From Rhizophagus irregularis (taxonomy: Eukaryota), in the NCBI RefSeq assembly GCF_026210795.1, contig NC_089429.1, positions 7,130,001 through 7,194,000 of the forward strand: DNA of 64,000 nt, in the 5' to 3' direction. Under the pieces are notes generated by a model that ran no database searches, was not told the origin of the DNA, and saw only the letters and a list, made by a program, of their open reading frames with translations. The position numbers were made by a program, and so were the translations under genes. Within the stretch, counting starts at the first letter, position 1, and every line of letters begins with the position of its first letter. This document shows positions 1-12,800 of the stretch, piece by piece.

Positions 1-40
1 GAAAACAGCAGTAATATCGGAATAAATCCGGGTCTCTGAT

Positions 41-256
41 TTTTTTTTTTATTTTTATTATAAGACTCGTGAACTGGACTACAAGCAACTGCTAGCAGTA
101 CGAAATACAAAATAACGAAACAAAACTAAGCTAATGCCTGTTCATCCAATCCCCCAGGTAGCTGGAGAGGAACCGCCAAGCCTCTTATTCAATTGAATCC
201 TAGGCAAAGCCAGATCAAACCAAAGTACCGGTGGAGCCACAATAATATACCTAAAG
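41..256 (-). mobile_element. Short non-LTR retro-insertion (5'-truncated LINE 3' end or SINE)
   Basis: 16-bp TSD AATCCGGGTCTCTGAT at 25-40 and 257-272; poly-T at 40-50 is a poly-A tail on the minus strand. Confidence 0.85.
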
Positions 257-1438
257 AATCCGGGTCTCTGATGCATGCGCATCAGCGCATTTCAGAAGTT
301 TATAAAAATCACATGACCGATACGCAGTATTTAGTGTATTCACGTATTACAGGTATTACAGGGGAATGAAACTTTTCGTAGTGATAATAGAAATATATCA
401 CATATGTTAATTTGTTCAATCTGTACAACAAAGGTGATATGAAATAAATAGTGTGATATAATCGTATTCGTATTTAAAAAAAAACATCCGTAAAAAACCT
501 GTTAATTTTCTTTGAAATTACCACAAAAATAAAACATTTCTTGAACCATTTTTTTTTTTTGCTACATTGCATCACATGTCGGGTAATTAAAAATCACTTT
601 TGACTATTTTTTCGTTCATTACAAAAGATGATAATCTCGATTTTTTTTTTTAACCGGCAGATGATGTCATGTACTCACTAAATTTCTAAAAAAAGAAATT
701 CATCAGCCACAAAACTTGTTATAGAACGTGACGATAAATAAACAAAATAAACAAAATAAACAGAAATATAACCATTTAAATAATGATAATTTTCGTTCCC
801 ACGTTTCCTGGTTTTTTATTTTTTTCATTCAAGAAACAATATTTGAGATGGCTACAAATTATTCACCAAAAACATTTTCATGAATTATTATTATACAATT
901 ATTCACAAAAAAACAATTCAAAATTAGACTTCGTACATCCAAGAAAATTAGAATCATTTTTTACAAACTGGAAGAATAGAAAATTAGAAAATCAAAGAAA
1001 TTACCTATTAGTGTAAATACTTGTAGCGTTGTAATCCAAACTTACGAAGACGATGATGTAATTATTTAAATCAATTTATGAGTGTATTTCTTTTTTTATG
1101 GTATATTAATATTTTTTTTTTAGAAAATAGACTACTACTGTTATATGGTTAATTTGGATATTCAAAAGATTAGGATGTTATATTGAAAAAAGAAATCATA
1201 TAGGCAGAATTGCAAAATCAAATTCGTTGGTTAAAGAAGCTGCCAACAACTTGATCCTAATATTGACCAAGTTCATTCAAAATGGACCAACCTGGGAGAT
1301 GATGATGGCTACAGGCAACAAAAGACCTCGAATTCGAGAAGGCAGCCTTTGCAATCTTCGTTTCAGAAGTCCAAACGGGGATAAAAGAATTCGTAAAGTA
1401 GGCAATTGCTTTACGAAGTTGTAAGTGGCGATGTCGCA

Positions 1439-3061
1439 CGCTTGATTACTGGCGTACATAACGTCCGGCGGGCTTGATCTATTCTAGAGCAAACCAAGAA
1501 ATTAACGGGTTCCTGGGTCACATGTACCTCTTACGTTTGCCTCCGCTTGTCGCCTTTTTTCTTCATACAAAGCTTGACTCCGTTCTTTAATTAAAGTAGA
1601 AAAAGGTGTTTCACCACATACAAAATTTTTCTGAAAGATGGAGATGTAGAATTAGGATATTATTCTAGTTTTAATAAAAAAATTCTTGAAACTAGTAAAT
1701 TTCTTTTAGAAGATTACGAAGTTTTTCAAGTAGTTAGAAAGACAAATTAAATTTATGAAGTTCCGAAGCTGAGAGTCATTCTAGAAGCCGCCAAGAAATT
1801 AACGGTTAAATTCGCAAATTATAAGCTCAGAGTTCTTCAATGACAACCAAGGATATAATTACTTTAAGAAATTTGGATTTTTCTTCTGATTATTCTGATG
1901 AAGCTGATAACTTCTATAATCCCGATAACTATATACGCACGCCCGATGGTTGCCGGCAACCGAAAATCCTTATGAAGAGAGGATGATTTTATCGTACGCT
2001 TGATTACTGGCGTACATAAAGTCCGGGCTTGATCTATTCTAGAGCAAACCAAGAAATTAGCGGGTTCCTGGGTCACATGTACCTCTTACGTTTGCCTCCA
2101 CTTGTCACCTTTTTTCTTCATACAAAGCTTGACCCCGTTCTTTAATTAAAGCAGAAAAAGGCGTTTCACCTACAAAATTTTTCTGGAAGATGGAAAGGCG
2201 TTAATTTTTTGTCGAAATAAGATATACGATATACCGTATAACGAATAAAGAATTTACGCGTCCTTAAATTAATTCTATTTTCTTTGAATATTTAAGGAGG
2301 TTTATATTTAAGGGGTTTGAAAAATTATTTTGAAGCAGGAGTAATGAAACCAAGTATTTGTATTCTAGTTATAATAGAAAAATTATTGAAACTAGTAGAT
2401 TTATTTTAGAAGATTACGAAGTTTAAGTAGTTAGAAAGACAAATTAAATTTGGAAAGTCCCAAAGCTGAGAGTCATCCTAGAAGAAACCAAGAAATTAAC
2501 GGTTAAATTCGCAAATTATAAGCTCAGAGTTCTTCAATGACAATCAAAGATATAATTACTTTAAGAAGTTTCTTCTGATTATTCTGATGAAGCTGATAAC
2601 TTCTATAATCCTGATAACTATATACGCACGCCCGATGGTTTCCGGCAACCGAAAATCCTTAATGAAGCTTGATTACTGGCGTACATAACGTGGAGGCAAA
2701 CGTAAGAGGTACATGTGACCCAGGAACCGGTTAATTTCTTGGTTTGCTCTAGAATAGATCAAGCCCGGACGTTTGTTGGCTTTTTTCTTCATACAAAGCT
2801 TGACTCCGTTCTTTAATTAAAGTAGAAAAAGGCGTTTCACCTCATAAAAAATTTTTCTGAAAGATGGAGTTAGGATACGATTCTAGTTATGATAAAAAAT
2901 TCTTGAAACTAGTAAATTTCTTTTAGAAGATTACGAAGTTTTTCAAGTAGTTAGAAAGACAAATTAAATTTGAAGTTCCAAAGCTGAGAGCCATTCTAGA
3001 AGAAACCAAGAAATTAATGGTTAAATTCGCAAATTATAAGTTCAAAGTTCTTCAATGACAA
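1439..3061 (+). repeat. Three tandem ~400-670 bp copies within a degenerate coding-like region
   Basis: Unit beginning GCTTGATTACTGGCGTACATAA recurs at ~1440, ~1998 and ~2667; copy 3 carries a 77-bp inversion; frames contain stops. Confidence 0.85.
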
Positions 3062-3552
3062 ATCTTGAATATTACGATGCTAAAACTGGTTCACGATTAC
3101 TACACTTTCCTTGACCGATCACGATGAGATGCTCAACTATATCAAAATGAAAAAGCAGAAAATTTGAAAGAAGCTTTTGTAAAAAGGAAGGGCCGAAGGG
3201 TTGTGGATCATACTGAAATACAGATGAATTGATTTATATCATAAATCAGCATTGCGAAGTTTGTTTAGCATGTAAATTTATTCCTTGTATTAGTTAATCT
3301 ATATAGAAATTTTTTTTTCTTTTTTTTTGGTAATGTAAATAATTAAATTTATTAATAAACTCTTAACAAATTATTCAAATAATATATGCTCTTAACAATT
3401 ATTTCTAATTAATAATGCTTTACCTACAACTTACAAACTCACTGGTCGCGAAGTACAACAAAATTTCTTATTAAAAATTATTTATTAAAGAATTCTTTAA
3501 CTATTGATCTTAAAAGATTTTAATTAAGTTTATTGATGCAATAATTTGATTC

Positions 3553-3729
3553 ATGTATCGAAAAAAAAAAATGTTTAATTTTTTTATGCTTGTATCATTT
3601 GTTCATTTTATATTAATTTTATCAAATTCTGCTTTAGTTGCTATTCAACCTCAAGGTTGCCGCGTGACAGTAGTAGTAATTCACTGTATGATCGATCCAT
3701 TTCAATGTTTTGATTCAAGCAAAAAATAA
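3553..3729 (+). CDS. Candidate small secreted Cys-containing peptide (58 aa)
   Basis: Manual translation MYRKKKMFNFFMLVSFVHFILILSNSALVAIQPQGCRVTVVVIHCMIDPFQCFDSSKK*; basic n-region, hydrophobic core, ALVA-type cleavage site, 3 Cys; below the ORF-track cutoff. Confidence 0.4.
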   Translation: MYRKKKMFNFFMLVSFVHFILILSNSALVAIQPQGCRVTVVVIHCMIDPFQCFDSSKK

Positions 3730-4004
3730 ACAAAAGTATCGATTTAAACGCACATTATTCATAAAAGACAAATGAATATCGACTCGTGCAATTGTATTTG
3801 GATTAAGTTGGAACACCCATTACTAGTTTTTATTTCGAAATTTCTGACATGAATTTTCTAAAAAAAATAAATGATAAAAAAATAAAAATAAAATATTTAC
3901 AATAATAATAAAAATAACGTAATAATAATAATTAAAATAACATAATAATAATGATAATAAAATAACATAATAAAAATAACATAATAATAATTAAAAATAA
4001 ACCC

Positions 4005-4712
4005 CTAATAATTATGTTCGTAATTTTGAATCCATTTGGTTTGAACAAACCACTCCCACAATTTATTTGTCTTGTTAACATCTATTCTAAGGAGTTTTTG
4101 TGCATCACACCTGCGAAATGGTAATGATTTTTCCATAGCCGTTCTGGCAGAGGAAATTAGTATGTATTTTGCTAAAAGGTATTGAAAAGGCGTAAGCCTT
4201 AATGTTGTAGCTACGCAAGCTTCTTTAGGATGTAAATAGTCATAATACGGGAATTGTATTATAGACCGAGGTTCTGAACTCCAATTGACTTTTGGGGTTA
4301 TTTTTTTAAGTATTGACTTGTCAAGTTTTAATAGTTCAATCATTTTCCATAATTCATAGATTGAAATATTGAGAAGATGCAGATTTTTATCAGTTACAAT
4401 TGATTCGTACCATCTCCTTCTGCTTTTCTTATCAAGTTGATTAGAATTTCCTGATTTTCTCGAATAAGGGCTTTTTCTAATTTTATTATTAGGGGGAACT
4501 CCACATAGAAGGTTAGAGTGATTTACGTCAACGCTAGAAGAGGTAGATTTATTCGATAAAGGCTTTTCATACTCCTTTTCCGAATCTTTAATCAATTTTA
4601 GTAATTCCGGAGATGCGTCGCAAAGTCGCATTCTATATTTATTCGATTTACTAATTAATGATGTTGATGGTTGCGCGAAAGAATTGACGTCGTTGGTAGT
4701 AGAAGATTGCAT
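4005..4712 (-). CDS. SWIRM-domain protein (Fun19/YOR338W-like chromatin factor)
   Basis: 235-aa intact ORF; C-terminus LHPKEACVATTLRLTPFQYLLAK...FRRCDAQKLLRIDVNKTNKLWEWF matches the fungal SWIRM domain pattern. Confidence 0.85.
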   Translation of the reverse strand: MQSSTTNDVNSFAQPSTSLISKSNKYRMRLCDASPELLKLIKDSEKEYEKPLSNKSTSSSVDVNHSNLLCGVPPNNKIRKSPYSRKSGNSNQLDKKSRRRWYESIVTDKNLHLLNISIYELWKMIELLKLDKSILKKITPKVNWSSEPRSIIQFPYYDYLHPKEACVATTLRLTPFQYLLAKYILISSARTAMEKSLPFRRCDAQKLLRIDVNKTNKLWEWFVQTKWIQNYEHNY

Positions 4713-7700
4713 TATAAATTTGAAAAAATTCTTTCGATAAAGAATAATAATTTATTTGTTTTTTTTTAAGAAGTAAAAAAATTTTTTGGTTTGTTTTTTA
4801 CAAGATGGATACTTTTTACGCGTTATTTATACATGAAATTTTTCATAATCAAGATAAATTAAAAGTTTATGCAATTAAATTAAAATATATATATATATAT
4901 TGTAAATTTTTAATAAAAATATATTCATAATTATTTATTATATTTGAATAATTGTTAATCAATATATATATATATACCAAAACATTATTCAAATATAGTA
5001 TTCAATATATTTATTATAGCAATTACAGATAATTATGTAACATAACAATCGATTTAAATCGGATAATAAACGCGGGTTTATATTTGAAATGTTTCTTCCA
5101 TGATATTAGTACAGGCAAATGTTTTATTGTAAAAAGGGAGTTCATACGAAGAAAATCCATACTCATGGCCAACTTTACCATTATTTTTTATTATTATCAG
5201 TTATTATTGATCTATAAATAAAATTCGACGATATATTTAATATATCTGTATTCTTTATTTAAGTATAAATAGGGGTTAGCACATAAGATTTTCTTACGGC
5301 AGGCCGATGAGGAGATATTCCTTTACTATGGATACACGAGTAATGAAATTACAAGGGCATGTGAACATGAGTACCAGCAGATTCTCAATGACAAAAAAAT
5401 ATTTTACCAAAGAACACCACGATTTATTTTTTATTTCATGGTAAAATAAAAGAACGTGACGTGCAGATTATATTCTACAAATTCCTTGTTTAATTGAATA
5501 ACGAATTAAAACCACCGACATTTCCTGTCCAATGACGACCATTTTCATTGTCTTTCCAATATTTTATTAATTATTAAAATATATTTCGTGAAAGATTAGA
5601 TCATGATAAATATTTAATACTTGAACCTGTTACTTTGCTAAATTGATATCAACAAGGATATTACCATAATATTACCATAATTTGAATAATAACTTGCCAG
5701 ATATGAAACAAAAAAATTCTTTATAATACAGTAATAATTATTATTATTATTACAAATGTGTCACATCAGCGATCCCATCTAATATGTTCTGAACTTATTA
5801 AAAAAAAGGTAAAGAATTCATATTTTGAAACAAAACAGTAATTTATACAATTTATATAATAACTATATTAGGAATAGTAACGTAAAATTTTTAAACTTAG
5901 TATGGTAGTACGTAATTACACACTTGGGACAAAGAAAAAAAATTTTAATTTTAGGAATTTCTTATTTTAAAATCTTTTCATTTTTCTTCTCTCTTAGTAA
6001 AATGATATCATATGCGATAAAAGGTGCATATAATTGATTTTATCAACTTTAGCATATGAATTACATTTCTCGTTGATTGGTAAGATATGCTGGGAATTTA
6101 TTCACCCGTGTGAAACCTTACATCATTTGTACTATTATAAAGTTATTGCATTGTTTTAACAGCACATAAAACTATTGGATAATTATATTTTCGTCGTAAA
6201 TTACTATTATTAATTTTTAAATTAATTTTTTCATTTGGATTAGAATTTTATTTACCGATTTTGAGTAAATATTTTTTTGTATCATTCAAAACTTGTTTTG
6301 GTGAAGTATCATTTTTTAAATTGTGAGTAATTTGAAACATGACTGAAAATGATCTAAATAAAGATCTTGACCGGCTGATTTATTGATGACCCATGTAAAC
6401 ATTCAAGGTTCTAAACATTCTATAATTTTATAACTCTACGTTTATAATTAGCCACCCCATTTCCAAAGTGAAATTTACTAAGATTCGAAATTTCGATGCG
6501 CGTACTTTGAATATTTATTGAAATGTATATTTTTGGTATTTCTTTCCATCACTCTTTTATTCCAAAAGAGTATTGATCGATAAAGGCTTAACCTAATTTA
6601 ATTAAGCGTTTTGGACATGAAAAAATGAAACTTTTTAATTTAAACTAGTTCATTTTAATGGTGCCCATTTTAATTCAGTGAATCATAGACAACTTTATCA
6701 ATTAGTCTATATATGTATAGTACAATGATACTGACTTAGCCGAGCGCATCGCAGATGGAAAAGTTCTAGGCGACTAAATAATGAATTGCGCAGCATAATA
6801 ATATGATCATCGAGGACGTATTTTTTGTTAGTTGTAATAGTGATTTAAAAAATTATTTATTATTCGTAATTATGAAATATATGTTTAATTATAATGAAAT
6901 TAAACGAATAAAAACGTTTTGCATGACTTTAAAAATTTACAATGAAGTTTTATGGGTCGGTTCTTGAAATCAGTTTGGTTCGGACTTCGGAACGGTTTTT
7001 ATTATGGTTAAAAATAGGTTTAAACCCAGGAGACTCAGAGTCCTCCGAATTTAGATCGATTCGAGAATTGACTACATCAATTTCCAAATTAGAGTTTTTG
7101 TTCTGCGGGCGATGAAACATTTCGGATTTGTTTCGCCTACTCATAAAGCCACTTCTTTTGATTTACGGAAAAATAACTAAAAGGCAACTTGATAATTTTC
7201 ATGTTTTAAGTAGAAGTTGGATCGGTTATCCAGCAATTTTTTGAAATCTTTTTTTTTTTATTATATGCAATATATATATATATTTATTATTATTTAAATT
7301 ATATTCATTTATATGCCCTTGAATAAATTTTACGATAATTCATTCATTCATTATACAGTATACTTCAAAATATTTTACTTTTTTTACGTTAATTATTTCC
7401 GTATCTTCGTTATCCATCCGTATAATCCAAACAATAATTATGTATGAAATTAAACACACGCATATCTTTCTTTGAAAGGAACATAGAGGCGTTATTATTT
7501 CGATTAATTTAGATTACAGGCTAAATGATTTCATATTTGTTTTTCTTTAGTTGTTTCGTTTCATAATTTACACAAAGATGTTGAAATGGCGCGATATTTC
7601 TTTATTTATAATATTTATGATTTATTTCCGTAATTTCCGCGATTTTCCACGATTTCATGCGTACCCTTATTCGTTTCATTTGTCTTTTTATGGTTTGTAT

Positions 7701-7841
7701 GTTGCTGCGCAAGGTTTAAAAATTAAATATAAAAGCAACCATAACAGTCCCGGTCAAAAATAAGAATATAAAAAGATATTCTAAACAAAAATTTAAGATA
7801 TTAATTATGATTTTATTTCATTAACAAAAAAAAAAAATCAT

Positions 7842-8082
7842 TCCCTCAAGACCATCAAAACCGTCTCCCCCAAACCATCCTCAAAACCGTCCTCCTAACC
7901 TTCCTAACCTTCCTAACCTTCCTAACCGTCCTTACCGTCCTTACCGTCTTCAAAACCATCCTAATTATCCATCAAAACCGCCCATCCTAATCGTCCATCA
8001 AAACCGCCCATCAAAACCTCCATCAAAACCTCCATCAAAACTTCCATCAAAACCTCCATCAAACCCGTTCTCAAAACCCGCT
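7842..8082. repeat. C-rich minisatellite (9-12 bp units: CCTTCCTAA, AAAACCTCCATC)
   Basis: Tandem degenerate units; minus strand reads partly as GFDG repeats but with stops. Confidence 0.75.
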
Positions 8083-8823
8083 CCTAAGAAAAAAAAAATT
8101 ATGGTTAGTTAAGATGAATTAATTAAAATGAATTTATCCAAATTACAACTCTCAACTAATTTAATCTTTTTGCAATCTATAGTATACGAAGTAATCTGCT
8201 TCATTCTTTTCCGTTTTCGTTTCACTTTTAAAAATTTTATCCAAAAATAAGATTAAACAAAAACGCTTTTTTATATGTAAAAATAAATTTTCAATCAAAT
8301 AAAATATTAATATGATTTTATTATAAAATGTAATGAAATGTGAAGTTCTTATCCATTGCTGTGCCATTATCTTAATCACGAAATCTCTAAAAATTATTAA
8401 TTTAGGTACAATATCTGCTGCGCCATCTTATAATATTAAAAAATCAAGCTGATGATTATCCTACACGAAAAATTTTAAATATAATTTCATCATGACATAC
8501 TCAAAACTAACATTCCTTATTTACGTTAAAACCTGAAAATGCAAACCAAATCGTCGAAATTTTGTAGCAACAATACCTCCATTTACCCTCAATAGTCAAT
8601 GCGAAAAATATAAATGTAAAAATTAATTCTTATCAAAATAGTTTCGACCTTTGCAACAACCTTTTAGAAAATAAAAAAATCCAACTAATAAAAATAGATG
8701 TGTAAGAATTAGAATTCAAAAGTTGTGGCGTAAGAAATTACAAGAACATTTCTTCAAATACTTTCGAAAAAATTTAATGATATGGCGATTATGGCGTGTT
8801 TGTGTGTCGTATGCATTTCCAAT

Positions 8824-9845
8824 CATAAATCAAATAAATAAACTGGTTGAGAACAATCAAGCCGTTTTAATTTTTTAAAAGACTATAATAGGAAAATAGG
8901 GATGGTGTGTACCGTAATAAGCGACGCAAAAATCTGAGTTGATTCTTCAGACGAAATAGAATATTTACGGGATGAAAAATTAATGTTTCAAAATGGAACA
9001 ATAGACCTCTTTTCTTTTTGAAAAGACTGATGATATACAGTAAATATTTACTAAAAATAAGAACTTATGCCTTTGGGTAATAACTAATTATCCAAGGTTT
9101 TGCACAAATAAAAAAATGAAACGAAAATTTAGAAAGGGAGCATAGTACAGCATACCCTGTTATATAAAATAAGATAAATAATCATCAATTAAGTTTTTTA
9201 TATGTATTCATTGTTCCTGAATTCAGTTTTTGTACAATAATTTTGATGCAGATCGTACAACGACAAATGAACTAATAATATGACGGCTCGGTTGACTTAA
9301 CATTTCCTGAAATATATTACAAGAATTGTAGGACAAAAATAAAAAGAGAATATTTTAAAACAAAGAAAAATATTAACCACGATTTATTTATTTAACCAAT
9401 AATTATTATTTTTTCATGATAACAAAAATCACTACCATTGATAGGTAGAGATAATAATAATATAATTTAAAATCTTTTTTTTTTTAAGTACTGTAATTAG
9501 TAATATTACGTAGAATTTTGAAATTTAAGTTCGCTTAGAATATATTAGTGACGTTTGATTAGGGGTCTAGATTCTCAATTGTTTAATTTATTCTTTAATC
9601 TATTTGTAATACAAAAAGATTGCGAAGTAAAATTGGGGAGAAAAATTATTTCACAACTAAGAATTCTTAGAATTTTTACCTTGTTAAAGGCTTTTCTGCT
9701 TCGGAGAAAAATAAAATGCCGATCATATGATAATGTCAATGCAACAAGAAATAAAAAAAGGCTGAAAATTCTATGGATTTTTCGTGACCCGGGAATCCGA
9801 TAAATTTAAATCCACCATTATAGTAGTGGCGCAACAATTACGATA
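8824..9845. repeat. Dispersed duplication, copy 1 (block A 8824-~9403, block B 9558-9845)
   Basis: Block A matches 28291-~28935 directly; block B matches 28001-28275 in inverted orientation. Confidence 0.85.
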
Positions 9846-12800
9846 TCCGGATAACAATTCTATATAATATAGACTCAATTTTTTATTAAAGTTGTACATA
9901 ATTACTAATTTATGAGTGAAAGTGGAAAAAGTGGAAAATTTACAGAAGGTTAAAAAAAAGTTGCATACGCGTCACGCGCGTCACGTCTAATGAATTAATG
10001 AATTTTACTAATTCACGACTTCGCGCAATTTGTGTTACAAAGTATTATAGTATTACACGTGGGTTAAAGTCAGTTACGTATTAAGTCAGTTACGTGCTTT
10101 TCCTTTTACAGTTACGAATCAAATTCTTCACAACAAACACGATAATTCCAACAAAGTACAATACGAAACACGATCCTAATTCAGAAACTGTATATAAATA
10201 GAGGTCTTGGTCTAAACAGTGGTTAAACTAACTTCGAAAAAATTTTTTTTCACAACTACCCGCACAACTATACATTTTTTTTCACAACTACTCGCGAACG
10301 TTTTGGTGCGCGCCATTTTCCAAACACGCTTCTGTGTTCTCCGGAAATTATTATTAATTTGACAACTTTATTATTTACCATTTGACTTCAGAATAAGATT
10401 ATAAAGTAGAAGAGTATAAGTTTATAATAAATTTGTTTGAAAGTTACTGAAAGCAACGAGGTAATTTATGATAAAAAATTATTTATGTCGTCTTTCATGG
10501 TAATTTGATAAAAGACTATTTACTGAAAGATCAATGACTTCTTTTTCTTTTGTTAGAATTGCTCGGGTCTACGAAAAAAAAATATCGGCGCTCTTCTCGC
10601 GTTCACCGCGTCCTCTTGAGAAAAAAAAATCGGATGGAGAAAATCAGAGAGAAAGAAATCGGAAGTAAAATTGGAACAGCTTAGCTTAATTTTACGAATG
10701 AAAAGGGACTTACCCGGAACCAAAGTGCAGATCAAACCAACTTATAGTAAAGAGGATCAGGCACAATTAAAAAAAGATCTAATGTTGGCGGGCGGAACGC
10801 GCACCTATAAAATAAAAATCTTACGGTCCTTCAAGGTAATTTATGATAAAAAATTATTTACTGTCAATGACTTCTTTTTCTTTTAAAATGTCGTCTTTCA
10901 TGGTAATTTGATAAAAAATTATTTACTAAAGATCAATGACTTCTTTTACTTTTGTTAGGTCAAGAGTTTTTAAATAAAGAATCAAATATCAAGGCGCATA
11001 AAAGAACATTGTCTTCTTGAAAGCTAGATCTTGTTGGCTGTATTTATTGATGAAACGTTCAAAAAATGAAAGAAGTTTACCTAGAGCTTATAAATATACC
11101 ATAAAACCAAGAGAGTTGAAAAGAATGTTTCATAAAGAAAAGGACAACTATTTTACCAGAATTAACGCGATGTCATTACAAATTGATTTTATTTTAAATG
11201 AATAATTGTACTTTTATCTGTTTCAAGTGCATATTAATTTTATTCCGTCCACTAGTTACTAGTTTCCTTTGCATTCTTTTCTAGTAATTTCTTATTATTA
11301 TTTTTGGATTCCCTCCGATTTTCTTCATCTTCCTCCCGATTCTTTTTTCTCATGGTGAGAATTGATTTTTTTTTTACTATACTTGGCATGAATTTTGTCG
11401 AACCTGTATAAGATCTATAGAAGCAAATATTAACAAAAAAAATAAAAAAAAATATGAATTAGATATTAAACTCAGAATTTAAAGAATAAATCTGCTATAT
11501 ATTATATTATAATAAAACGTTTCTTCATAAAAAAATAGCATCACTTTTAATTATTTGCATTATTTGTTAAGATCGCATTATTTGTTAAGATCTAAAAGCA
11601 GATCATGTAGAGATTATTAGTAACCATGCGTGATATAGAAAAAGATAATCAAAAGTTGGTTCACCCTCAAGGTGCACCCGCGGTTTGGTTTACAGTTTGT
11701 TCGACTCTAGTATATAGTTTCTATGTAATTGTACTGTAACTTAGTTCACGTTGAAAATAAAAATAAATAAAAAGATCATCTCAATAGGTTTTGAAAAAGT
11801 AAATCTATAAATTAAAAGAAAGGAAGCTATTTTAAAATAAAAACAACAAACCTAGTGAGTGTCATTGTTGATATATAACGCATATGATACATTATCATAA
11901 CTGTAAGCTGTAATATTGGTGTTGCTTCCTTCTAAGATTTCATTCAAAATTTCGGCTTAATACATTGGATTTACTACTTTGTTAACGTGTTCAGTTCGAC
12001 ATGCATTATCAAGTGAATGGGCTTTTAAAAGAAAAGCAAAAAATTTAGAAAGTCTAAATGATAAGAATTTTATATTAATGTTTTTAAAAAAAATTCAGAG
12101 TTCAAGTATATCGAATTAATTGTAATTAATATATTTATCATTGGCAGCGTCCCTAGCAGATAATGAATCAATTTCGTCTCTCGTTCGATCACTTAGATAT
12201 TGATTGCGACACAACAAACTAAAAGAAAAAGGAATTGGTGTATTGACTAGTGAAGGCATAATGACAAAATGTTCTAATGTAGAAAAAAAAATATACAAAG
12301 AAGATTCATAAGAAACCCAAGTTATGAGATATAATAAATGATAATTGACGGAAATTGACGATGTCATATTGTTAAAGATTCATCACTGGGTATGAACGGT
12401 AGAAGCAATTTCACGCGGGTTTGATGCTTGATCTATTTTATTAATACGCAAAATCAATTAAATTTATTAATACAATAGTGATGATACGATAAAAAAAATT
12501 TGGTCAAATTAATCGAGACTTTCTATTGTTATTTTAGTACACTTGTTAGTATAATAAAGAAGGTATAATTTCATGAAAAATATTATCATCAATTTTCTTG
12601 ATATTATTAATATATATATTTTTTTTATTAAAAGTGATGTTGAATAAAGATCAAATATATTAAAAAAGACTTTAATGATTTTTAGGAAGGATTACAGCTG
12701 AACAGCCAACACTGTTTAAACATCCTATAGTGGTTGTGTAGGATATATTGACAATTATATCATCAACGTCATCACACAGAATTTGTGAAGGCTGTTGATA

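Noticed and set aside
7842..8204. Gly-rich GFDG-repeat protein gene on the minus strand
   Set aside because: The plausible intron (8085-8146) creates a TGA at the junction and the repeat frames contain stops
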